From Ginglymostoma cirratum (lineage: Eukaryota): 64,000 nucleotides of DNA. The translations under genes were made by a program, and so were the position numbers. Position 1 is the stretch's first letter. Each line of letters opens with the position of its first letter. Under the pieces are notes generated by a model. The model made no database searches, was not told the DNA's origin, and worked only from the letters and a program-made list of their open reading frames with translations. Of this stretch, positions 52,674 to 64,000 are shown in pieces. The stretch is taken from contig JAHRHZ010000028.1 in NCBI GenBank assembly GCA_024137785.1, positions 27,631,847-27,695,846 on the forward strand, written 5' to 3'.

Positions 52674-53483
52674 CTCAGAGACTGCAAATGTGCAGACATC
52701 CACAGTCTTAGATAGTCCAGAACAGTATCTCAACGTGCAAGTAACTGTGTTCACTTGAAATCCCACCATAAGGCAAAACAACAGCGGGAGAATAGACCTC
52801 CAGAGCCAGGATCCAAAGTTAAACAGTTTCCAAGAGATGCAACAGAAAATTGAAGAGTCTGAAGGCAGGGAAGAGACCTCAGAGGACTTAATTACAGGGC
52901 AACAGTGTGGGAAGACGCCAAAGAGCAATAAAAAGCAATTTGGAGGATCTCAAAGCCGATTTATGAACTGGCAGTACTCTGAACTGCTAAACACAGAATT
53001 AGAATTCTTCACAGTAATAAGGAAAATTCCAAGTGTTCACCCAGACCAGTTAACCGTGCTAGTGGGTAGAGCTGACAGCTCTGGTAGAGAGCTTTCCGTT
53101 ACCTCATCTATTTGGTGACATGGAAGACACACATGCCTCAAGTGGGTCCTCATGAAGCAACAATTTTTATGCTATAGAATAGCTTCAGGATTACACACAA
53201 AGGGGCCGTGCAAACAAACCAGTGCATTTTTATATGACATAGGACCAATCATTGATGATGCTTTGGTAAGACAAAGCACTACCCAATTTGATGCCTTGAT
53301 TAAAACATTTTGTGTGCACTTTTGCTACACAAAAATATGATGGAGTTGATGAAATTTAATCAGTGATTTCAGTGTTTGGGAAAATCAATAGGAGCCTTTT
53401 AAACACATTTATACATTTTGGAAAGATATTGTGCATGCAGGATTTTGTAAGATAGATTAATTGGAGACCATATAGTAGTTGGT

Positions 53484-53697
53484 AACAAAAGCAGAAGTTG
53501 CTAGAAAAGCTCAGTGGATCTGGTGGCATCTGTGAAGAGGAAAACATCAGAGTTAATCAGATCCCTCAGGAAGGGTCACTGGATCTGAAACGTTAACTCT
53601 GATTTTTTTCTTCACAGATGCTGCCAGACCTGGTGAGCTTTTGCAGCAACTTCTGTTTTTGTTCTTGATTTACAGCACCTGCAGTTCTTCGGTTTTT
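53484..53697. repeat. Fold-back element with 14-bp TSD
   Basis: ATATAGTAGTTGGT 53470-53483 / ATACAGTAGTTGGT 53698-53711. Confidence 0.85.
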
Positions 53698-53707
53698 ATA
53701 CAGTAGT

Positions 53708-56060
53708 TGGTGTCAGGGATGAGAAATTATCAGAGCTTCTTTAATTCAAGAAAGATTTAAGGTTCTAACAAACAATCCAATTTGCTATGCAGGCAGAAAT
53801 TAAGTCCCAAAATTATCTAATATTGTGAAGAAACATCATTGATTCATATTACGTGGAAGATTGTGTCAAAATATCAAAAGAGTAGGAATCAATGTCATTG
53901 ACCATGACAGGTTGCACAAGACGTGACTCTAAGCAGACTCACATGTGCAATGAATGTCCAGCAGGGTATTCGGAAAACCAATTCGGTAACAATTAACATC
54001 ACCCTCACCACTTCAAAATCAAGGTGAACGTTCTGCAATAAGAAACATTTCCAGAAAAATGGAAGTCATGCAACAAAAAGGTTCAAGAAGTTAAAGATGT
54101 AGATCAAAAGTTGAAGACAATATTCTAGGGGAAGTAAAAGAGAGAATCAAAACTGATTCTGGTCCATCAGTGTAAGGTTGGACATGTTTAAAAAAGAAAC
54201 TAAACTTCACGCGGGAGCAGCCATGTCAATACTGGCAGACAGCTTGCTATGGTTGAAGCCTACGCAAATCAGACCAACAGGTATAAAACATCCAAGTTCC
54301 AGGAATCTTAGATCTTCAGGTGAATGGGCAAGTCAACATGAAGCTTAATCACAGAGAATAAAATGTCAATGAACCCTACATATACACTGATGAATCAGAA
54401 TACCCCATTATTGAATAAAATTGCATGTATTCGTCTTGGTCTTTTAGAGTGGATGCATTACTTCAGAATGAAGATGGGAGAGAATTTCAGCAGGAATTTC
54501 CAAAGCTATTCACTTTACCCTGTACTCTTTCAGGAACATTCCTCATTCTCTGATTGGAGAAGTGGAATCTCAGTTTGACAGCACGATTGAAAGTGGGGTC
54601 ACATTGGCAGTGACTAAACTGACACAATGGTGTGCAGGGCTAGTAGCCATTCTTAAGACAAATAGAGAATTAAGATTGTGTGTCAATCGCACTCAGTTAA
54701 ACAAAGGAGTTTAGAGGGAAAGTTACCCTACTTGGCCTGCCAGTGAGAACTGAGCAAAATTGGGAGCAAGCAAAGTTTTCACAAAACTAGGTGACAACAA
54801 GAGTCAAAATTGCTGGCTGTTCTTGTTACATCATTCACATGGTATTGCTTCAAACATCTATTGTTTGGGATCCAAAGACAGAAGTCTAGAATCATGGAAG
54901 AGAAACAAAGAACAATTTACCACCTGGATGACATCCTAGAATATGTTTGACATGAAGAATAGACATGCCCAGAGGGTCAGGAATGTGTTAAATTGATCAC
55001 CGTAAATGAAAAATTCCAATTGCCCGCAACATTATTTACATTTCTAGGACACATTATCCAAGAACAAGACACTATCGTGGTCCAAGGAAGACAAGAAACC
55101 TCAATGAATTTCTTTATGATTCATGGTTTATTAGAACAACCAGTATTAGACAATGGACCTCGATTTGGAGGCTCGCTTTGGAGACAGACATCAACCAGCT
55201 GACAAGTTCTCTACTCCATCCTTCGTCAAAGGGAGGGGCAGAAAGATCAGTCAAGATTGAAGTCAGTCATACACAAGAACCTAGATTGAAAATGAGCTCT
55301 ACTCAATAAGAGATCAACACCACTAAGGCTGTAAAACTGCAAGAAGTAAAAATAGGCCATTTGGCCCCACAAGACTGCTCCACCATTCAATATGATCATG
55401 GCTGATCCATCATCCTAACATCCATTTTCTTGTCCTCTCCCGGAATCCTTGCCATCCTTACTGATCAAGAATCTACCTACTGAACAATAGTTATTTGCTA
55501 CTGGAATTGTTATTGGGGAGCAGTTAAAACTGTACTAACTTTAGAGCACAATCAAAGCCAAGCGTAACCTCTTGAAGAACACAGAAGGTTAACCAACTGG
55601 AGAAAACCATGGCAAAGGGAAACATGGTCAAAACCCAGTCGGTCTTGAAGCCAAGTCAGAAATTCTGATTAAAGAAAAGGATGTCAGAAGGCATTGTCAT
55701 CAGAGAAATATTATACGATAACAGAAATTGCAGGAGAAAAATCAGCAAGTCTGGCAGTATCTGTGGAGAGAAAGTAGAGTTAACATTTTGAGTTCAGTGA
55801 CCTTCCTTCAGAAACAAAATCCTGTATAATTAGGAGGAACAGGTACACATTGATTTTACTTGAGATAGAGTATAGTTGTTCCAAGCTGTGGGACATACGC
55901 CTATGCTTCAGAGAGGGTACAGAGTGGTAAAACTATTACAGACATGGTCCAGCACCATCATCCTAGTGTTGAACTCAGGAAAAGAAGATTGGGATCTCTA
56001 CTGAGAGTTCCAGATTGTCTCGTCCTGTAAGATTTGGATCTTGAGAGAGTGGGGAGAGAT
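53708..56060 (+). mobile_element. Decayed Gypsy/Ty3 LTR-retrotransposon internal region
   Basis: RT remnant TQWCAGLVAILKTNRELRLCV..TQLNK, YCFKHLLFGI, HLDDIL; integrase DNGPRF, HPSSKGGAERSVK; PBS-like TGGTGTCAG at 53708; purine tract GAGAGAGTGGGGAGAGA-TG at ~56043-56061. Confidence 0.8.
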
Positions 56061-57210
56061 GAGGTTACAGTGAAAATGATTAATAATGTTGATGATTGCA
56101 AAGGCAATGTAAATAACTAAAAACTAAACCACTGGAATAAAATAGATCCAGTAAAGAAACTTGAGGAGTTGAGAAATAATGAGATTGAAGGCACCAGGCT
56201 AGAATGAGTATGTGAAGAGAGAGGCCTAAGCACTACACTAGAGAGGTGTATTTGAGATCCTAGTATATACAGACATAAATAAAGGGGTGTTATAGTATGC
56301 AAGGAATTGAAGAGCCTTCCTTAGTATTAAGGAAGAAACAGGTTCATGGATTGTGCATGTACAGATGGCCGCAGCCTGATATACTCCGGTCTGCTATGAC
56401 AAAAAGGCTATTCTATTCTATTCTGTTCTATTTCAATGTGCAGTTAGTACGATCGACATAAAACATGATTAAACAACTACTGTGCTGTCTTTCTGCCTGC
56501 TTCTAACCCTTTGCTTTATGGCCCTCTCATTGGAAAAGTAGATGTTTCTTTTCACATCTGTAAACGATACTTGATCTCACTCAATACTTCAATAATGCCC
56601 CTATTGAATTACACTGGGGAGTTGGCCATTTGTCTGAACCATTGGACAGCTCATACAAAATGCAGTGAACCAAGAAAAAAACTGACTGGCATTATCTGAA
56701 AAGGCTGCTCATAGGCTTCAAACTCCTAAGAAAAAATTGACAGACATAAATACAGACCTTACAACACACAAGCTCATCATAAATTAAACCTTAGGCTTCA
56801 TTTTATGAGCTTCTACCAGCTTCTCGCAGGCATGCTACAAAGCTGATCTAAATCAGTTGTAGCCATCTCATGGCCGCCTTAATACAATCTCACCTTCATT
56901 TTGATAGCCAGAACAAGGAATCAGTGTAAGCTGAACTATCACTTATTTGTAGTTTCATTTTGTTACTTATTCTGAAATTTTGTGTCATGTTTCAATCTTC
57001 TCTCGGCTGTTTCCTTGGTAAATATAATTGATGGATTAAGATGCTGTTTTTAATAAAGCCTTTCCAATGGTTGGAAGAATATTTGACATAATAGAACGTC
57101 CTTGATCAACTGCAAACCTCTAAATTTCACTTTGCACCAATCCAAATCTTCACCTGGAGCATTAAATAATTAAACTCAAAGGCTGAGCTAGTGCGATCAA
57201 TACATTAGCA

Positions 57211-57447
57211 TAAAAGCAAAATACTGTGGACGCTACAGATCTGAACTATCATCAGAAGGTGTTGGGCAACCTCAGCAGGTCTAGAAGCATCTGTGGAGAT
57301 AGAAACAGAGTTAATATTTTGAGTCTAGAATGACTTTTCTTCGTAATGGTTTCAGTTCTGATGATGAGTAATGTTGGAATCAAATTATTAACTGTTTTTT
57401 TCTCCACAGATACTTCCAGATCTGCTGAGTTACTCCAGCACTTTGTG
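57211..57447. repeat. Older fold-back element of the same class (others at ~22230-22430, 23620-24580, 40947-41045, 55718-55812, 62790-62930)
   Basis: CTCAGCAGGTCTAGAAGCATCTGTGGAGA ... TCTCCACAGATACTTCCAGATCTGCTGAG inverted arms. Confidence 0.75.
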
Positions 57448-58380
57448 TCATCAACAGATTACCATTATGGCATGATTTACACTTGTGCTCTGACTTCTTT
57501 AATAAGTATCACCAATACCTGGCTATTTGTTTCATTTACAGTTTGCAGCACTTTGCTGCATACCTGGCCCTACTTAACCATAACAACAACATTTTATAAG
57601 TCATTCACTGGTTGGGAAGTATCTCAGGATGCTCTGAGGAAGTTTTAGAAACAGAATTTACTTTTGTTTTCTATACACCTTTGAGATTGAGGAATATCTA
57701 CCTTATTCAATTATTTTAAATGAATCTAACTTGATGCTATAACCATTGGGTAAATTAATTTCAATTCTGCATGTGATTATCTATCAGCTGACTTAATAAT
57801 GATAGTTCTATTTACAAAAGGGTCATTTGATAGCTTATTCATACATCTGGCTTTTCATACTTGTTTGAGAAATTATAATTGTTTCAGTCTTTATCCAGTA
57901 CCAAACTGGACCGTGGTTTTGCTTCCCAGTACACAACAAATAAAGAAAATGCAAACAAGTGGTCCTTTTAATTAGGAAATAAAATCACCTTCTGTGTTGC
58001 TAAAATGACTCCCAAACATTTTAGAATTATCAGCAAGAAACAAAACATGTTGCTATGCACTACACACCAATTGCCACATTGTTACTGGCAATCCTGTCTC
58101 CATTATATTGTACTGAATGGGCATTGCAACAGAGTTCCTATTCTTCCAAAGAGATAAAGGAAGTACCGTCATTTTTGGCTCAGTGCTTCGCTGGACTTGG
58201 TGCCAGGTTGAAGTGTAAATACAAGGAGATTTCTGTCCTAACAAAATGTACGTTCTGTTGAAACGCAAATGTAAGTACAATCTCAATAGTAAATCAAGAC
58301 ACAATCATTAAAGCATGTTCCAAGTCAAGATACTTTTTTTGTTTGAGAGATATAAAAATTGTTTTTACTTTAGACCTTAC

Positions 58381-58481
58381 CATCATCTTTGTGCTTTCTT
58401 ATTTTTTTGACAACTAGTATCACAAGCCCGAGAAACATCACCATCAGAATTCCAAAGATTATTCCGAGCGTTAGGAAAAGT
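58381..58481 (-). CDS. Gene B transmembrane exon LFLTLGIIFGILMVMFLGLVILVVKKIRKHKDD
   Basis: 101-nt phase 2-1 exon; donor G|GTAAGG; uncharged TM then KKIRKHK; alternative in-frame phase-1 acceptor would start at 58521. Confidence 0.88.
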
Positions 58482-59800
58482 CTTGGTGGTTTGTGTAAAA
58501 GCAGAGAGAAATGGTATGAGTCTAAGGACAAATGTAATCATCCACATATGTACCATAACATATAATGATGTACAATAGTGCAACATTTTGTAATACCTAC
58601 CAAAATGGGAGGCGATGGCCTTGTGGTATTATTGCTAGACTGTCAATTCACAGACCAGATAATGTTCTGGGGACTGGGGTTCAAATCCCGCATTGGCAGA
58701 TAGTGGAATTTGAATTCAATAAATATCTGGAATTAAGAGTCTAATGATGACCATGAATCCAATGCCAATTGTTGGGAAAAATCCATCTGGTTCACTAATG
58801 ACCTTTAGGGAAGGAAACTACCATCCTTACATTGTCTGGTCTACATGTGACTCCAGACCCACAGTAATGTGATTGACTATTAACTGCCCTCTGGGCAATT
58901 AGGGGTGGGCAATTAATGCTGCCTGGCCAGCGATGCCCCCATCCTGTGAATGAGTAAAGGAAATACAACAAATGTTTCTGATGATATCATAGGGTAGTCA
59001 AGTGGACTACTATTTAATGCCACTGAATTAATGGTCCAACTACTTCAGTTTTCACAACAGATTGTTGTTCATCAACTGATGAACAGTTATTCACCTGAAA
59101 GGTTAATGCTGTTTCTCTTTCCATAGATGTTGCCTGGCCTGCTAAGTGTTTCCCAGCATTTTCAATTTCAATTTTGTCATTGTTTAATACTTAGCATTAT
59201 TTTATGCTGTGATGGTGAAATAAATATCTAAATTAGAATTGTTACTAGAACTAAATTTGGTGTTATAACAATGATCTTAGCATTAATATTAAAATTCTCT
59301 GTATCTCTACCGCTCTTCACCTCTAAGTTGTGAACCATATTTCATCGTTCCCCTCTGAGGCACTCATCATCCTTACTTGGAAATATATTGTTGCTCCTAC
59401 ACTGTTGCTGGGTCAAAGTTCTGGAATTCCCTCCTTAAGGGCATTGTAGGACTCATACAGCACAAGGACTGCAGTGGTTCAAGAAGGGAGCTCACCACCA
59501 CCTTCTCAAGGGCAACTAGGGGTGGGCAATAAACTCTGGCATCTGCAAGTGAATACAATGAATGAATAATGCCTTATATCTCATAATATGGCTGTGTCAT
59601 ATTTTATCCGATAATACTCCTCTTAAATGTCTGGAAACATTGTACATACCAGATGAGGAACCATGAAAGTTCCTCACTCTCAATCTCTGCCCTTGCCTGA
59701 GGCATGGTGACCTCTCAGGTTAATCACTGCCATCAGTCATCTCTAATGAAAGAACAGACTTCTGGTCTTCCTAAACTATGGCAACTTTCTAAAAAAAAAA

Positions 59801-60103
59801 GGGGTGGCACGGTGGCTCAGTGGTTAGCACTGCAGCCTCACAGCCCCAGGGACCTGGGTTTGATTCCAGCCTCAGGTGACCATCTGTGTGGAGTTTGCAC
59901 ATTCTCCCCATGTCTGCATGGGTTTCCTCCAGGTGCTCGGGTTTCCTCCAGTTTCCTCCCACAGTTCAAAGATGTGCAGGCTAGGTGGATTGGCCATGCT
60001 AAATTGCCCATAGTGTTCAGGGGGGATGGGTCTGGGTGGGATGCTCCAAGGGTCAGTGTGGACTTGTTGGGCCAAAGGGCCTGTTTCCACACTGTAGGGA
60101 TTC
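59801..60103 (+). mobile_element. HE1-like SINE
   Basis: GGGGTGGCACGGTGGCTCAGTGGTTAGCACTGCAGCCTCACAGC head; tail CTGTTTCCACACTGTAGGGATTCTA. Confidence 0.9.
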
Positions 60104-62989
60104 TAATTCTAATTTACTACATTGAGGGTGCTATATCAATACAAAATCTTGTTTTTATGAATGCCAAATCAAATTAAACCATTAGACTACTATTTGTCCT
60201 GTTAAACCTTCCTACCCTAAGTTTTTCTGCTACTTCCCTCTGACTCCTATTTTTAACATCCTAATTATGTTGCATTATTTTCTGATGCCTCATGAATTAA
60301 AACTCCGGCCAGTCTATTCCCTCAGTAAGTGAACAGAGGAAACACCAGCCAAACAGGGTAACTCCCTTCTAAAAATAATCTTTAATTTAGCAAAATTTAT
60401 GAGCGTTTTTGGTCCTACCATTCAGTATGTACAAATCTGATTTATATCAATGAAAAGATTTCTCTGTAGTTTACAAATCATTGGATTGGAATAACGACTG
60501 GAAAATGTTGTATTACCAAGCAGTTCTCAACATGCTTTTCTAACATTAATTTAAAAGGAGGGGTTAAACATTCTCATATTTTTCTCTATTTGGGATTTGC
60601 TGCTCATCATGTCCATAACTGATGGTGATTGAATACTAGAATAGGTCAGTAACTCCATTATCATCACAGTGCACGATTGTCAAGATGATAGAGAGTGGTG
60701 AATCTTGCTGTTTCTTTTGTCTAGCAATCCCCATGTCCTTAAACTCAACCTCAGACTACATAACATGATTTGCTGATTAACATGATTTAAACTGACTGTG
60801 CATGACTAAACAGTTACCTAACTAATTCTGGTAAGTATCAGGCATGCCCCAGTATGGACTTTCTTCTGCATCCATAAGACAATTAAGAGCTTTAAGTCAT
60901 ATTACTTTGTCGTATATACAGAACTGCAATGAATTGCAGTTGGCAGGCACACTTGGTTATTCCCGAACCATGCAGAGGAAAGCTTTCATTACATAAGTGT
61001 TAGATCACTCGGCAACCCAGGGGAATACACTAGAACAACACATAGCTGTTAAATCACAAAATTGTCTTCCCATTTCAAACTGAGTTGTTGTGTTGTTAAG
61101 GAGAGTTATGGTGAATATTATAATTTTCTTTGGTTCTAGAGTGTGGTTAACTTCTAAAATACTGAACTACAAGTATAGTGTGAAGGCTACATTTCCTTAA
61201 AGCTCATAATTAAACTTGTAGCATATATAGGTTAACAATGTAATTGTGGAAGTTATTTTGCTGGTTTCTTTTTAAATACTCATCCTTCTTTTCAAATCTT
61301 TCTATAGTATCATACCTCCGCATCTCTGTAATATCCTCCTGCTCTACAATTTAAGATATTTGCATTCTTTATAATCTGGCTGCTGAGTGTCTCTGATTTC
61401 AATTGTTCCTGTATTGATGACCATGCCTTCAGATGCCCAGGCTACAAGCTCAGGAATTCCCTCTGTAGAGTTCTCCATCTTGCTACCTGTCTTTTCTCTT
61501 AAAACTTATCTTTCTGACTAAACTCCTGGTCACCTGCACTAATGTCTTCTTGTACAACTCAAGGCACACTTAACTTGATAATGTTGGTACGAAGCATGTT
61601 GGGACACTTTGTTACATTAGGAGGTGCTATTTAAATGCAAACTCATTTTAATGTAGTGGTGCTCATTTGAGGACCCTGTAATGGATTAAATCACATTGCT
61701 TATTAATCCTGTTGATTGGTGTTTGGATTAGATCAGTTGACTCGACAGATTTTTTTTTTGCAACGCAGAGATGCCAACAGCATGGATTCAATTCCCGTCA
61801 TTGACAGGTTGTCATGAAGGACTCTCCTTCTCAATATCTCCCCTTGTCGGAGGGAAGGTGTCCCTCAGGTTAAACCACCACCAGTTGTCTCTCTCTACTG
61901 ACAGAGTAGGCTATGGTGACTTTCTTCTCTCCTGAGTTTCTGGTAGTAATGGGGAAAGTTGTAACTACTTCATGCTCCTGGCAAACAGCTTTGCTTACTT
62001 GAAGCACATATTGAAAACTTGGGTTGGCACTGCACACTCTATTCCAACTTATAATTTTAATTTCCAATATATGCAATTTTTTTTTTACCAGACCTGCAGA
62101 ATAGTAAAGAGACAACAGTATAGATAACTAGATAGAGGCCAGCTGTCAGCACCATAAAGACAATAGGCCAACTAGCCTTCATCTATATTGGACCACATCT
62201 GTCACCTTCTGTAACTTGATTTAAACTCAGAGGCAGAAATAACCTTAAAATTATTACAAAAAAAGACATTAATTTCACTTTCTAGTTATCTTTGCTACAC
62301 CCCACTCATAATGGAAGACAGGCTAGAAAAAGTAGTTAAACTAGCACACACATATATTGATACTGATACCAACATTGGACACAAAACCAAATAAAATCAG
62401 ACTGATATATTTATTTAGGTATTATTGCTGTACGTAAAATACTGGAATTGTACAGGACAGAGATATTGTATGAAAGAAAAAATGTCTTTTCCTTGATAAA
62501 GCAGTGTGTGAACTACTGGAAATGGGACCTCTTTTATCTGTGTATCATCAAATCTCATCACCAACCTGGGTGTTACCATTGATCAGAACCTAAACTGTAC
62601 AAGGCACAAGTCAGGAGTATGATGGTATTTTATTCACTTGCCTAGATTGGTGGAGCTCACAGAAGTAACACATCGGTATCTCGACACATCTGGGAGAAAA
62701 CAGCTTGCATATTGGCACCTCATTCACAACCCAAAATGATCCCTCCACCACTGGCTCATACTGGCAGCAGATTGCACCATCTACAACATACTAAAGAACT
62801 GTGGATGCTGGAGGTCTGAAACAATTAAAAACAGAAATTGCTGGAGAAACTCAGCTGCTCTGGCAGCATCTATGGACAGAAAATAGAGCTAATGTTTCAG
62901 GACTGAGCATTAACTATGCTTTCTCTACACAGGTGATTTTCGTTTGTACCATCAGCAAGGTGCATTGCTCAAATAAATTGGTCATTTAC

Positions 62990-63026
62990 CTTAGTCTTTC
63001 CTTGTCCTTAGTATAACCCTTTCGAC
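62990..63026 (-). CDS. Gene B short stalk exon (S)RKGYTKDKERL(R)
   Basis: 37-nt phase 1-2 exon; acceptor CATTTTGAACAG, donor AG|GTAAAT; same phase pattern as gene A stalk exon. Confidence 0.7.
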
Positions 63027-63337
63027 CTGTTCAAAATGATGTATGAAAATATTATTTGATCATTCATTAGCCTCATGTTAACTGTGTCAAGGTAGATGTA
63101 CAAGGTACAATGAATGAAATTTTGATTAGAACAATCAAGAAGCGGTACGTGGTTTTACAATGCTGTCCTGTTTGACTCTTAACTAAATTATAATTCTCAT
63201 ACTTTACTGAGAAAGCAGTGTCCCAGAGATTTTGAAAATACGTAACAAATATATATACACATCAAATTATGTGAACCTGTATTGAACACGAAAATATCAC
63301 TGAAAATGCAGCAAATAAACATATATTTATGCCTTAC

Positions 63338-63673
63338 TTTCATGAACTTTAAGTAGTATGGGAGTTAGTGGATCCAGAAGGTGAGGTCTCTCTATTCCAC
63401 ACCAGTACCATCCCTTATCATTTTCTGTCATCTGGGTCATATGTACTGTAAGTTGTCCTTTTGCATTATCAGCTGTAATTTTTATTCGGCCATCGTGACT
63501 TTTCCTTTCAGGGCCACTGGTTTGTACTAAAACATTACAGCTTCTCCTGTAGTAGCCTTTGCACCAGTATTTCTGATAATTTCTAAAATATGTGTCAAAT
63601 CTGCATTCGATTTTGACTGATCCTCCCGTTTGTGCAGATTTTTCTTCTGGTCCACTAATTGAAGCGTGCGTAA
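63338..63673 (-). CDS. Gene B (inhibitory CD300-like receptor) Ig-V exon
   Basis: 336-nt phase 1-1 exon; acceptor TTTTCACATTTACAG, donor GTAAGG; GGSVKIEC...KYWCKGYYRRSC...NDKGWYWCG; begins THA/SISGP like a signal-peptide end; leader exon presumably beyond 64000. Confidence 0.95.
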
Positions 63674-64000
63674 CTGTAAATGTGAAAACATATGAAAATT
63701 TAAAACATATTATTTTATGTTTCAGAGACAAAAGGACATTAACATTGATGTTCTCTTCTCTCTTGTGTTCCACACTATTTTTCTGTGACCTCTTTCTCTT
63801 TGTCAGCTTTCCTCTCCTTAATTCTTAGTGGTTGCCCTCCTCATTATTCTTTTTGTTCACTGGCTCCCCTCTTGTTACAATATTTCCTAATGTAACTATA
63901 TGTCTGTTAGTTTGTTGCTTTCGTATTTTTAGTCACAAGTGCGCTGCAAAACCAAAAATGACCAAGATTAACAAATGGATTTAGGCCAGGTAGAAGACAC

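Noticed and set aside
52036-52928. Overlapping Pro-rich ORFs up to 204 aa
   Set aside because: Low-complexity purine/pyrimidine-skewed Penelope 3' region; only the 52427-52699 frame is meaningful, as an element remnant
59801-59880. tRNA-like A/B boxes here and in similar copies
   Set aside because: SINE heads that continue into SINE body and LINE-type tail; no complete cloverleaf
61999-62093. Strong acceptor (..TATTCTGCAG) and GTAAG donor in a gene B intron
   Set aside because: Phases do not fit between the neighbouring exons and the peptide is not stalk-like

Overview
AT-rich, repeat-dense vertebrate genomic DNA. The repeat families (HE1-type SINEs, CR1, Penelope) point to a cartilaginous fish, probably a shark. 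There is a 400-N assembly gap at 34461-34860. From GT/AG splice sites and codon phase I could rebuild two tandem minus-strand genes of the CD300/pIgR-like (CMRF35-like) Ig-V receptor family. Gene A is complete (7 exons, ATG 41846 to stop 6765, 341 aa): signal peptide, two Ig-V domains, stalk, uncharged TM, and a tail with overlapping NPxY/YxxL motifs but degenerate inhibitory motifs. Gene B is 5'-incomplete (5 exons, 63673 to stop 46363): one visible Ig-V domain, short stalk, uncharged TM, and an ITIM + ITSM tail. Introns and flanks contain CR1 and Rex-Babar LINE fragments, several SINE families, Gypsy and Harbinger relics, and many Penelope-derived fold-back elements carrying minimal type-I hammerhead ribozyme motifs, several with target-site duplications. 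Family assignments come from motifs recognised by eye; no database search was run. Repeat boundaries are approximate.
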